Shown here piece after piece: positions 1-8,541 of a stretch of DNA of 20,000 nt (positions are counted from its first letter, which is position 1; every line of letters starts with the position of its first letter). Under the pieces are notes generated by a model. That model had not been told where the DNA came from, made no database searches, and worked only from the letters and a program-made list of their open reading frames with translations. Location of the stretch: contig NZ_MWQY01000001.1 of assembly GCF_002087085.1 (NCBI RefSeq), forward strand, positions 305,440-325,439, written 5' to 3'. A program made the position numbers and the translations under genes.

Positions 1-2
1 TT

Positions 3-932
3 CTTGTAAGCGGTATGCTTTTTGCCGAAGGGCAGCAGGACAATGCTTCCATCGAAGCGAAGATTTCCGATGCCGACACGACCGTCGATTTTGCAGAAGT
101 CCAGTGGACCGATATCAACTCCACTACCGCCGCTACCAGGATCGTTCTGGAGGCAATGGGATACGACACTACAAGTAAAATTGTATCCGTGCCCATAGCA
201 TTCCAGGCTATCAGCACCGGCGATATTGATGTTTTTCTCGGCGACTGGGAACCCTCCATGCGTTCCATTACCAGGCCTCTTCTGGAAGAAGGCGAGATAA
301 TTGATTACAAGACAAATCTTACCGGAGCCAAGTATACCCTCGCTGTTCCCCGGTACGTTGCCGATGCGGGTGTTACAAGCTTTAAAGACCTTGCCGAGCA
401 CGGAGAAAAATTCAATTACAGAATTTACGGTATAGAGCCCGGGAACGACGGAAATATACTGATTCAGCAGATGATTGACAGCAACGCCTTCGGTCTTGGG
501 GATTTTGAGCTCATAGAGTCCAGTGAAGCCGGAATGCTTGCGGAGGTACAGGCGGTTACAAAGAATGACGAATGGATCATTTTTCTCGGTTGGGCTCCGC
601 ACCCCATGAATACTGTATTCGATATAGAGTACCTTGCCGATGGAGACGATTATTTTGGTCCCGACTTCGGGGCAGCTACTGTGCATACCATCACACGAGT
701 CGGCTATGCGGCGGAAAACCCGAATCTGGGGCGTTTCTTCAAGAATCTGGAGTTTACCCTTGATATGGAGGGTGAGATCATGAAGATGATTGCCGACGGT
801 ATGACCGCCATGGACGCCGCGGAAGCGTGGCTGGCTGAGAATCCTGCGATTCTCGATTCATGGCTCAAAGGCGTAAAGGCCGTGGATGGCCGCGACGCCC
901 TGCCGGTTGTTCGGGAGAGTCTAAACCTGTAA
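3..932 (+). CDS. Choline/glycine betaine ABC transporter substrate-binding protein (ChoX/ProX/OpuAC family), 5' end probably outside the window
   Basis: The frame is open from base 3 (LVSGMLFAEGQQD..., the end of a signal peptide). Motifs WTDINSTT, DIDVFLGDWEP, IYGIEPGNDGN, SSEAGML and FLGWAPHPMN match ChoX-type binding proteins. Confidence 0.88.
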   Translation, partial: LVSGMLFAEGQQDNASIEAKISDADTTVDFAEVQWTDINSTTAATRIVLEAMGYDTTSKIVSVPIAFQAISTGDIDVFLGDWEPSMRSITRPLLEEGEIIDYKTNLTGAKYTLAVPRYVADAGVTSFKDLAEHGEKFNYRIYGIEPGNDGNILIQQMIDSNAFGLGDFELIESSEAGMLAEVQAVTKNDEWIIFLGWAPHPMNTVFDIEYLADGDDYFGPDFGAATVHTITRVGYAAENPNLGRFFKNLEFTLDMEGEIMKMIADGMTAMDAAEAWLAENPAILDSWLKGVKAVDGRDALPVVRESLNL

Positions 933-992
933 GACGGGAAGAAATACCGGATTCCTGCAAATTGAAAAAATATCTGATTATTGATTTTCATG

Positions 993-1060
993 AAAAGGGT
1001 CCTGTGGTCGATGGAGGATCGTAACTCTCTCGGTACAGACAGGGCCCTTTTTTCTTTTTT
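993..1060 (+). terminator. Intrinsic terminator-like hairpin after the binding-protein gene, with a large structured loop
   Basis: AAAAGGGTCCTGT (993-1005) pairs with ACAGGGCCCTTTT (1039-1051) and is followed by a T-rich run to 1060. Confidence 0.6.
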
Positions 1061-1123
1061 ATTCCGCTCTGCTTTCTTATTTCTGTTTCTTCTCCGCGTA
1101 TAGTGTTTCCCCGGAACTGATGG

Positions 1124-1152
1124 TTGATAATCGGGAAACAGGCATCTATAAT
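1124..1152 (+). promoter_or_regulatory. Sigma70-type promoter of the DUF1538 operon, predicted leaderless
   Basis: TTGATA (1124-1129), a 17-nt spacer, TATAAT (1147-1152), then 6 nt to an in-frame ATG at 1159. No Shine-Dalgarno is visible. Confidence 0.7.
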
Positions 1153-1158
1153 CGGACA

Positions 1159-3237
1159 ATGCGTCGCTCTTCCAGCCTTCATATACCGGTACGCTCTGCT
1201 CTTCATCTGACAGGAGTATATATAAGAGGTCTTCTGGGGGCGCAGGTAAAATCAGTAGTTTTTATCATCCTGTATTTGATTATATTCCAGCGATTTATAT
1301 TGGGTATACCATTAAGCGGCATCTCATGGATTGCCTTTGGCATTACCATGGTAATTCTGGGTCTTACCTTGTTTCTTGAAGGAATAAGATTCGGTCTGAT
1401 GCCGTTGGGGGAGCAGGTCGGGGTAACTCTGCCTGCCAGGTACAGGAGTATTTTCGTAATAATTGTATTCGGTTTTCTTGTCGGTTTTGGCTCAACCCTT
1501 GCCGAGCCTGCAATAGCGGCATTGAGAGAAATCGGAAGTACCGTACCTGCCTGGAAATCTCCTTTATTATATCTGCTGCTCCAAAGATATACATCCCTGC
1601 TTATTTGGGCCATCGGGATAGGAGTCGGAATTGCGGTAATTCTTGGTCTTTTGCGTTTTCATTATGGGTTCTCCATTAAGTTCCTGATAATCACCGTAAT
1701 CCCCCTCCTGCTGGCAGTGACCATCCTGGCCTATATTGATGATAAACTCCGGAGTATAGTCGGATTAGCCTGGGATTCCGGTGCTGTCACAACAGGTGCA
1801 GTTACCGTTCCTCTTGTACTCGCCATCGGTATTGGTGTATCAAGAGCCTCCGGACGAAACGAAGGCGGGCGCGGTGGTTTTGGAATTATCATGCTTGCTT
1901 CTGCACTGCCGATAGTATGCGTCCTTGTTTTGGGTATTGTCCTGCGGGAGAACGCACCGGATCCCCGCACGGAGCATGCTTTTTTCCTGCAGGAACACAG
2001 GGAACAGGCTTTACAGCTTTTTGATAGTGAAAAATCTCTACAGCGGTATGCATTCCGGATAGCCGGAGAAGAGGGACGCAGGGCATTTTTCACGGAATCC
2101 GATGATTATCGGACCGCCTTGCGGTCCCTCGTGCTGAATGAAGGTTTCAGGCGCGATATTCTTGGAGATTTGAGTTTTTCCGAGTGGCTTCGTACGCGTT
2201 CTTCAGAAAGTGAACGGGAGTACCTTGCAGGTTTCTTCCATCAGGAGCCTGGGGAAAAGCGGGAGTCCGGGGGATTCAGCAGTATTATTTCTCAGAAAAT
2301 GGCGGATGCATCCAGGGCAATAATCCCGCTTACTGGTTTGCTGCTTATAGTGCTGATTATGTTTCTCCGCGAAAGACCCCGATACCGCGACGAGGTGAGT
2401 TTGGGGATTATTCTGGCGATTCTCGGAATGACCTGCCTGACAGCCGGGATAAGTGTTGGATTGACTCCCCTTGGCGAAGCTGTTGGCGAGGGGCTGCCTC
2501 GTTCCTTTCAAGCCAGGGAACAGGTGACAGACCGGATTGTGATAGAAGAGTTCGATACAAGTATAGTTATAAGAAGTATACATCCGGATGGAAAGAAGAC
2601 TGCGTATTTTTATCTTGAGCGTGATGGTCGTCTTGAAAGGATACAGTATTTTTCGGAGCGATATAATCCGGAAAATCGGCAGTATGAACACATTATTTAT
2701 CGTAAACCGCTGTTCAAGGCTGAACTTTCATTTCTGGGAATTGCTCTTGTTTGTGTCTTCGCTTTCGGGCTTGGTTATGGTTCTTCATTGGCCGAACCGG
2801 CATTGCATGCCCTGGGGAAGACGGTGGAAGAAATGACCATCGGCAGAGTCAGGGAATTCATGCTGGTACGGGTTGTTGCCATTGGTGTCGGTTTTGGAAT
2901 CATGATGGGGATAATGCGTATTATATTTTCCATTCCCACGATCTGGCTTCTTCTGCCGCCCTACTTGCTTTTGTTACCCATGAGCATTATTGGGGATGAA
3001 GATTTTGTTGGAATAGCATGGGACAGCGGAGGAGTAACAACTGGACCAGTTACCGTACCCCTTGTATTGGCCATGGGCATGGGGATTGGTGCTGAGCTTC
3101 ATGCCACCGACAGCTTCGGGGTATTGGCACTGGGGTCTGTGTATCCGATCTTTACGGTTCTTGTATATGGGTTGTGGGTGCGGATTAGTCAGCGTCGATC
3201 GATGGTGGAAAAAAGGGAAGAGTTGAGTAATGGATGA
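1159..3237 (+). CDS. Fused tandem DUF1538-domain integral membrane protein (putative transporter)
   Basis: Two internal repeats carry the DUF1538 motifs: TLAEPA...AWDSGAVTTGAVTVPLVLAIGIG and SLAEPA...AWDSGGVTTGPVTVPLVLAMGMG. There are many hydrophobic segments. The start was placed at 1159 from promoter geometry (the ORF track gives 1120). Confidence 0.85.
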   Translation: MRRSSSLHIPVRSALHLTGVYIRGLLGAQVKSVVFIILYLIIFQRFILGIPLSGISWIAFGITMVILGLTLFLEGIRFGLMPLGEQVGVTLPARYRSIFVIIVFGFLVGFGSTLAEPAIAALREIGSTVPAWKSPLLYLLLQRYTSLLIWAIGIGVGIAVILGLLRFHYGFSIKFLIITVIPLLLAVTILAYIDDKLRSIVGLAWDSGAVTTGAVTVPLVLAIGIGVSRASGRNEGGRGGFGIIMLASALPIVCVLVLGIVLRENAPDPRTEHAFFLQEHREQALQLFDSEKSLQRYAFRIAGEEGRRAFFTESDDYRTALRSLVLNEGFRRDILGDLSFSEWLRTRSSESEREYLAGFFHQEPGEKRESGGFSSIISQKMADASRAIIPLTGLLLIVLIMFLRERPRYRDEVSLGIILAILGMTCLTAGISVGLTPLGEAVGEGLPRSFQAREQVTDRIVIEEFDTSIVIRSIHPDGKKTAYFYLERDGRLERIQYFSERYNPENRQYEHIIYRKPLFKAELSFLGIALVCVFAFGLGYGSSLAEPALHALGKTVEEMTIGRVREFMLVRVVAIGVGFGIMMGIMRIIFSIPTIWLLLPPYLLLLPMSIIGDEDFVGIAWDSGGVTTGPVTVPLVLAMGMGIGAELHATDSFGVLALGSVYPIFTVLVYGLWVRISQRRSMVEKREELSNG

Positions 3238-4369
3238 TACAGAATTCCACGGCCGGAAGGCCGTCGGGGTCACCTGCATTGTGCATAAAAGCCTCCGTAA
3301 ACAGGTGATGGAATTTCTGGAAGAAACCGGCGTTGGAAAGATCTATGTCGAGGCGGGTAAAAGCGAAAGGCTTTTTATCAGGTCACGTCCTTTCGGACTG
3401 CCCGGGACACGTCAGGTTCTGCACGATTCGCCTGCAGAAATCTTCCGATTCTCCATATCCACCGGGGATACACAGTATGTGCTGAATTCTCTTATCGCAG
3501 CTGCAGAACTGGATGTTCAAGGACGCGGTATGATTTTCTCACAGAAGATATATGAGTACAGTAAAGATTCACTGCCGATCATTCCAGCCGGGGAAAAGTC
3601 TGGAGAAATCGATACGAAGTATTCGCTTTTGCCAGGGCTCTCACTTATAACCTGTATTCTGTCCAGACCTGGTAGCGGGGAAGAACTTTCCAGAACAGCC
3701 CTTGAGCTGGGAACCTGCGTGCCGATTATCACTAACGGACGCGGTACCGGGATGCGTGATAATCTGGGATTGCTGAGAATAACAATTCCCTCCGAAAAGG
3801 AAATAGTCCAGCTAATCGTTCCGGAATATGATGCTGACAATATTATTCAACTGTTGATAGAAGAGGTAAAACTGAACCTGCCAGGACGCGGTTTTTTGTT
3901 CCGGACACCCATAGGCATGGGCGTGGTGGATACAAGGCTTCGAATCGGCCGTCAGGAACATGCAGCCAGCATGGAACAGATTATTTCCGCTATTGATGAG
4001 TTGAAGATGGGAACTCACTGGCGTAAACGTTTTTCCGGTACAGAAAACAGCTCTTTTGGCAATCCATCCCATCTTCTATTCAACTATAAAGCCATATCCT
4101 TTGTGTGTAGGGAAGGAAAGGGAGATTCCCTTGTCAACAGGGCCATGGAAAAGGGCGCTCCGGGTGCCACTATTTCCCGTATAAGCTGCTTGAATCTGCA
4201 GGACAGGGAGGGGGATTCGGCTGCTCGGGAACGGAATGTCATCTGTGTACCGAATAATCTCGCTGAAAAAGTTATAGATGCCATATTTCATGAAGAAGAG
4301 ATAATTGAACAGTTTCTGGACCACCTTTGGATTCAGGACGCTCCCAGTGTTTTTTCATATATCAGATAA
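3230..4369 (+). CDS. P-II-like (GlnB-fold) regulator with three tandem PII-like domains
   Basis: Three roughly 100-aa units each begin with a 'VTCIV/ITCIL/ISFVC' strand. Unit 2 has GRGTG...EKEIV...PGRGFLF and unit 3 has AMEKGAPGATI. The start overlaps the DUF1538 stop, and DUF1538 genes are commonly next to PII-like genes. Confidence 0.72.
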   Translation: MDDTEFHGRKAVGVTCIVHKSLRKQVMEFLEETGVGKIYVEAGKSERLFIRSRPFGLPGTRQVLHDSPAEIFRFSISTGDTQYVLNSLIAAAELDVQGRGMIFSQKIYEYSKDSLPIIPAGEKSGEIDTKYSLLPGLSLITCILSRPGSGEELSRTALELGTCVPIITNGRGTGMRDNLGLLRITIPSEKEIVQLIVPEYDADNIIQLLIEEVKLNLPGRGFLFRTPIGMGVVDTRLRIGRQEHAASMEQIISAIDELKMGTHWRKRFSGTENSSFGNPSHLLFNYKAISFVCREGKGDSLVNRAMEKGAPGATISRISCLNLQDREGDSAARERNVICVPNNLAEKVIDAIFHEEEIIEQFLDHLWIQDAPSVFSYIR

Positions 4370-4379
4370 AGGAGAGGGT

Positions 4380-4664
4380 ATGGATTTTTCTACAGGACAA
4401 TGTATCCTTCTGCACGATAAAGACAATACACTGACCGCTCTGCTTTCCCTCGCTGCCGGACAGGAGATAGCTCTTAAGACCGTTCAGGGAATGCTAAAGC
4501 TGACGCTGCGGGACGAGATCCCTTACGCGCACAAGTTCGCCCGCCGTGATATTGAGGCCGGAGAAGATATCATGAAATACGGTGAGGTAATCGGATCTGC
4601 AACTGCCTTTATTCCGGCCGGGGCCCATGTACATGTACATAACGTCAAGGGGAAAAGGGCATGA
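4380..4664 (+). CDS. UxaA/SuyA-family dehydratase small subunit (SAF domain)
   Basis: HDKDNTLTAL...IPYAHKFARRDIEAGEDIMKYGEVIG...GAHVHVHNV is the SAF signature. AAGGAG lies upstream of the ATG at 4380, and there is an ATGA overlap with the next gene. Confidence 0.88.
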   Translation: MDFSTGQCILLHDKDNTLTALLSLAAGQEIALKTVQGMLKLTLRDEIPYAHKFARRDIEAGEDIMKYGEVIGSATAFIPAGAHVHVHNVKGKRA

Positions 4665-5839
4665 GCTTTTCAGATGCGCAATTTCTTGGATATCACCGTC
4701 CGGATGGACAGGTGGGGGTAAGAAATTACCTGGGAGTTCTTTCCACGGTTACCTGCGCCAACCAGGCTGCGGAGAATATTGCCGGGCACGTAAGGGGCAC
4801 GGCCGTTTTTACCCATCAGCAGGGCTGCGGACTCCTGCAGGAAGACCTCGATCTTACCCGGCGAACCCTTATTAACCTGGGACGAAATCCCAACCTGGGG
4901 GCTGTTCTGGTTGTCAGCCTGGGCTGCGAAGGGGTTGATGCCGAAAAGATCGTGGAAGGCATCGCTTCTTCCGGAAAGCCCGTGGAGCTGGTCAGAATCC
5001 AGCGGGACGGGGGCTACTTCGCCGCCATCAGCGAAGGGGGACTGAAGGCGCAGAAACTCGCATCGGAGATCAGTATGCAGGTCCGTAAAGAGGCCTCCAT
5101 ACAGAACCTGCGTATCGGCGTCAAGTGCGGTGCATCGGACCCCACCTCCGGTCTCGCCTCGAATCCTGCGGTGGGTCAGGCCCTGGACCAGCTGATCGCC
5201 GCCGGAGGTTCAGCTGTATTCGGCGAGACAACGGAGCTGATCGGGGCGGAGCATCTCGTGGCCGGACGCTGCGAAACCGACGAACTCTCGGACAGGCTCC
5301 TTGGCATGGTACGCAGGCTCGAAGCCCGGGTAATCCAGCACGGAAGCGATATGCGGGGCGGAAATCCCTCTGCCGGAAATATCGCAGCGGGACTGACAAC
5401 CATCGAAGAAAAGTCCCTGGGAGCTGTTGTAAAGTCCGGCACTGCACAGATTCACGGGGTTTTTGATTACGGGGAGTGTCCGCCCAGTGAAGGAGGCCTC
5501 TACTTTATTGATTCCCCCGGAAGGGAGCCGGAACTCCTGGCCGGACTCGGTGCCGCCGGGTGTCAGATTATACTCTTTTCCACCGGTATCGGCGCACCCC
5601 AGGGGTTCCCGTTTATTCCGGTTATCAAGGTTTCCGGAAACAGAAATACGGTAAAGGCCCTGGTGGATTTTATCGACCTTGATGTATCCCAGGTCCTGTT
5701 AAAAGGAGAGTCTCTGGAGAGTGCCGGCAGTCGGGTGCTGCAATATTCCCTTCGGACCGCCGACGGGCACACCACAAAGGCGGAGACCATCGGCTACAAC
5801 GGGTCGACCGCGATCTATCAGCGGGGGCCCATCGTCTGA
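4661..5839 (+). CDS. UxaA/GarD/SuyB-family dehydratase large subunit (substrate undetermined)
   Basis: Family motifs GYHRPDGQVGVRN, HQQGCG, SLGCE, KCGASD, NPAVG, GETTE, GNIAAGLTTIEEKSLG and FSTGIG are present. Confidence 0.9.
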   Translation: MSFSDAQFLGYHRPDGQVGVRNYLGVLSTVTCANQAAENIAGHVRGTAVFTHQQGCGLLQEDLDLTRRTLINLGRNPNLGAVLVVSLGCEGVDAEKIVEGIASSGKPVELVRIQRDGGYFAAISEGGLKAQKLASEISMQVRKEASIQNLRIGVKCGASDPTSGLASNPAVGQALDQLIAAGGSAVFGETTELIGAEHLVAGRCETDELSDRLLGMVRRLEARVIQHGSDMRGGNPSAGNIAAGLTTIEEKSLGAVVKSGTAQIHGVFDYGECPPSEGGLYFIDSPGREPELLAGLGAAGCQIILFSTGIGAPQGFPFIPVIKVSGNRNTVKALVDFIDLDVSQVLLKGESLESAGSRVLQYSLRTADGHTTKAETIGYNGSTAIYQRGPIV

Positions 5840-7887
5840 TTCTGTTCACCCTTTACGGTGTATATATTCTTTATTGTTGTACCCGGATAGTAGTGTGCCA
5901 ATATCTCCTCCCAGGTCCACCCCTCGGCTGCCATGCCGGCGGCCCCGCTCTGATCCATTCCTACACCGTGTCCCCAGCCGCCGCCGGTAAAGACGAAAGA
6001 CTCCGGTAAATCCCCATACCCGAGCACCGGTTCCGATACAAACAGGTTGCTCCTCAGGCTTCCCAGGACCGATCGGATTGCGTCCCCCTGTATTTCGGTA
6101 CTGCCGCCGGTACCCCGGACGAGGATCTTCTCCACCCTGCCGCTTATGCCCCGGCCCCGACTGGTCAGGGAGATGATTTCGCCAACTTCAGTGCCCCTGG
6201 CACGTAATCTGGCGGCGATTTCCTCTGCGGAGATCCAGCTGCGCCAGCGGTAGGCCGAGGGTGAATGAAGGCCCGGAGCGGAGCTGAAACCTGGCGGACG
6301 ATCCGTCAGCCACCGGGCCAGTTCCTCCGGCGGCAGGAAAGATATTCTCTCCGGGATGGCCGGATCGTTGACTGCCTGCAGCGGGGAGGGGTATCTCCAG
6401 ACGCTCTCGCCGCTCTCGGTGTGTCCGCCGCTGTTGGCGGAGTAGACGGCGTCCAGGGGCCTGTTATCGTAGATAAGGACCTTTCCCCGGCTTGCATCAA
6501 CGGCGGCGCTGGTTCGCTCCGCCTCGTTGCCGGCTCCTCTGTAGGAGGCGGAGCGGACGGAACCCATCAGATCGAATCCCCGGGAGGAGAAGCGTCCCAT
6601 GTTAGCCAGAGTGTAACTGCGGGCTGCAATGGCCTGGGCTTTCAGTGCCTCTTCCGGCCAGTAGGCGGGAATTTCCGACGGTACCACCGAGTAGAGATAC
6701 TCCTCCAGATTAACCTGGTTTATTACGGTAATCCCGCCGGGTTTGGGCAGAAACTCCATCTGCCCCCGGTAGAACCGGTCCTCGGAGCCTGCAAAATAGT
6801 ACCCGCTGCCGTACTCCATATCGAAGAGCGCCGTGGTCGCCCCGGGGGAGTCGTAGTTAAGGACCACAGGTGCCGCGGTCTCCATGATACTGTCGCCGCC
6901 GCTGCGGCTCACGATTATCCGGTCCGGAGCATGACTGATGGTAAGGATCTCCCCTTGCTCTCCCTGATAGAGAATATCGGCACTCCACAGGGAAAAGGCT
7001 TCTCCTGTTTTCAGGTGCAGGATATCCGTATCCTCCGCCAGCCCTATCCGTATTGCCGGAATGGTTTCCCTGTCCTCCGGGAACTGTTCTTTTTTCGGGG
7101 CCTTTACCGCTACACGCCGTTCCCCGGCCTCACGATCCCTCTTTTCCTTCAGATCCGGATATCTCTCGGTGATGTTACGCAACTCCCGTGCCGCCTCCCT
7201 GTTGCCGGGGTATACGGCAAGGGCACGCTGCAGATAGCTGTAGGCAGCATCCAGATTTCCCCGGGCGATCTCCGTTCTTGCCATGGGAAGAAGAGCACGG
7301 GTAAGATTGGGTTCCTGTTTAAGAGCCAGGCGCAGATGGTCCGCGGCGGAATCGTAATTCCCCTGTCCCAGCGCAAGGATGCCGAGAAAATAGTGAGCCC
7401 CGGGATTGTAGCTCTCCCTGCGAAGGGATTCATTCAGAAGCTCTCCGGCCTTTGCTGTTTCTCCCTTTCTGTAAACGGCGAGTCCGTACCAGAAGAGCTC
7501 CTCCGCGGAGGAGCCATCCGGACCTGCGAAAACAGGTCCCGGGAGAAGGCCGGCAAGCACTTCGGTTTTCAGCAGTTCCAGGGAGTACCGGCCGTTTTCC
7601 GGGTCGGCATTAAGGATGACGAGGTGCTCACGGGCCTCCCGCAGGTATCCGGCTTCCCGCAGAAGGCGGGAGAGCTGCAGCCGGGAACGGGTATCTGCGG
7701 CGTCATGGTCTACCCGGCTCTGAAAAGCCTCCAGGGACTCTTCGAAGTCCCCGTCGTAATAGAGGGATACCGCGTCTTCGAAGGACGGAGCTGCCTCGGT
7801 CATGATTTCCTTCGCCGGATTGCCGGCAAGACCGGTTCCAAGAAAAAGTACCAGTAAAATGCCTGCCATGTGTTCCGCGGATTTCAT
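5818..7887 (-). CDS. Secreted TPR-repeat plus SpoIID/LytB-domain peptidoglycan lytic transglycosylase
   Basis: There is an N-terminal signal peptide and several TPR-like helices. The SpoIID motifs are VINQVNLEEYLYSVVPSEIPAYWPEEALKAQAIAARSY, LRSNLF and GGGWGHGVGMDQSGAAGMA..EILAHYYPG. Confidence 0.9.
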   Translation of the reverse strand: MKSAEHMAGILLVLFLGTGLAGNPAKEIMTEAAPSFEDAVSLYYDGDFEESLEAFQSRVDHDAADTRSRLQLSRLLREAGYLREAREHLVILNADPENGRYSLELLKTEVLAGLLPGPVFAGPDGSSAEELFWYGLAVYRKGETAKAGELLNESLRRESYNPGAHYFLGILALGQGNYDSAADHLRLALKQEPNLTRALLPMARTEIARGNLDAAYSYLQRALAVYPGNREAARELRNITERYPDLKEKRDREAGERRVAVKAPKKEQFPEDRETIPAIRIGLAEDTDILHLKTGEAFSLWSADILYQGEQGEILTISHAPDRIIVSRSGGDSIMETAAPVVLNYDSPGATTALFDMEYGSGYYFAGSEDRFYRGQMEFLPKPGGITVINQVNLEEYLYSVVPSEIPAYWPEEALKAQAIAARSYTLANMGRFSSRGFDLMGSVRSASYRGAGNEAERTSAAVDASRGKVLIYDNRPLDAVYSANSGGHTESGESVWRYPSPLQAVNDPAIPERISFLPPEELARWLTDRPPGFSSAPGLHSPSAYRWRSWISAEEIAARLRARGTEVGEIISLTSRGRGISGRVEKILVRGTGGSTEIQGDAIRSVLGSLRSNLFVSEPVLGYGDLPESFVFTGGGWGHGVGMDQSGAAGMAAEGWTWEEILAHYYPGTTIKNIYTVKGEQNQTMGPR

Positions 7888-7893
7888 GTTGCT

Positions 7894-7922
7894 ACAGTAG
7901 GGAGAGCTTCCATGTGTGTCAA
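7894..7922 (-). promoter_or_regulatory. Sigma70-type promoter of the TPR-SpoIID gene, predicted leaderless
   Basis: The minus strand reads TTGACA (7922-7917), 17 nt, TACTGT (7899-7894), 6 nt, then ATG (7887). Confidence 0.72.
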
Positions 7923-7967
7923 GTTGATCTCGGCATGAATCACCAGTTTCCTGGGGATAGAACTTGA

Positions 7968-8001
7968 TTGCGAGACCGCTTAAAAACCGGTATTATATAA
8001 T
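7968..8001 (+). promoter_or_regulatory. Putative sigma70 promoter of aroQ
   Basis: TTGCGA (7968-7973), 17 nt, then TATTAT (7991-7996), which overlaps TATAAT (7996-8001). An AAGGAG Shine-Dalgarno precedes the GTG at 8026. Confidence 0.5.
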
Positions 8002-8025
8002 TGTTCCCATATTAAGGAGATCTTC

Positions 8026-8454
8026 GTGGCAAAAAGAATCGCGGTAATAAATGGACCCAATCTTAACATGCTGGGGCAGCGTGAGACCGATGTATACGGC
8101 ATGCAGGACCTGGAGACCATAAACGCTGGACTTAAAACACGAGCACATAACGCAGGAGCCGATATCGAGTTCTTTCAATCCAACGGAGAAGGTGAGCTTG
8201 TAACCTTCATTCAGCAGTGCAGAAAACGGATTGATGGAATTGTACTGAATGCAGGGGCTTATACACACTATTCTGTCGCCCTGAGGGACGCAATCTCAGC
8301 AGCCGAGGTTCCTGTTGTGGAAGTACACCTTTCCAATGTCTACAAAAGGGAAGCTTTCCGCTACAGCTCCGTGCTCGCTCCGGTTTGTGTGGGAGTTATA
8401 AGCGGCTTCGGTGCCGACAGTTACCGTCTTGCCCTGGAGGCCCTACTGAGGTAA
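8026..8454 (+). CDS. aroQ: Type II 3-dehydroquinate dehydratase
   Basis: Motifs INGPNLNMLGQRE..YG, FFQSNGEGEL, NAGAYTHYSVALRDA and VEVHLSNVYKRE.FR are present, with an AAGGAG RBS. Confidence 0.97.
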   Translation: MAKRIAVINGPNLNMLGQRETDVYGMQDLETINAGLKTRAHNAGADIEFFQSNGEGELVTFIQQCRKRIDGIVLNAGAYTHYSVALRDAISAAEVPVVEVHLSNVYKREAFRYSSVLAPVCVGVISGFGADSYRLALEALLR

Positions 8455-8489
8455 ACAGGGAAGATGATTTACTAAAGACTGTCGTTGCA

Positions 8490-8541
8490 TAAAAGCTCCG
8501 TCAGGTCAGGGGCATCCATGTTATCCGGTCTCTGACGGAGC
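8490..8541 (-). terminator. Terminator-like inverted repeat between the convergent aroQ and tatA genes
   Basis: A perfect 10-bp inverted repeat, GCTCCGTCAG (8495-8504) / CTGACGGAGC (8532-8541), encloses a 27-nt loop and is followed by UUUUA on the minus strand. Confidence 0.5.

Noticed and set aside
1005..1040. GATGGAG segment reminiscent of a fluoride riboswitch
   Set aside because: It lacks the downstream pseudoknot and conserved elements, and it lies upstream of the predicted promoter of the next gene.
4661..5839. Specific assignment as uxaA, garD or suyB
   Set aside because: The family motifs are shared among these enzymes, and no pathway neighbours in the window discriminate the substrate.
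6265..7857. 530-aa plus-strand ORF antisense to TPR-SpoIID
   Set aside because: It has no recognisable motifs and lies wholly opposite a well-supported GC-rich gene. This is typical of a shadow ORF.
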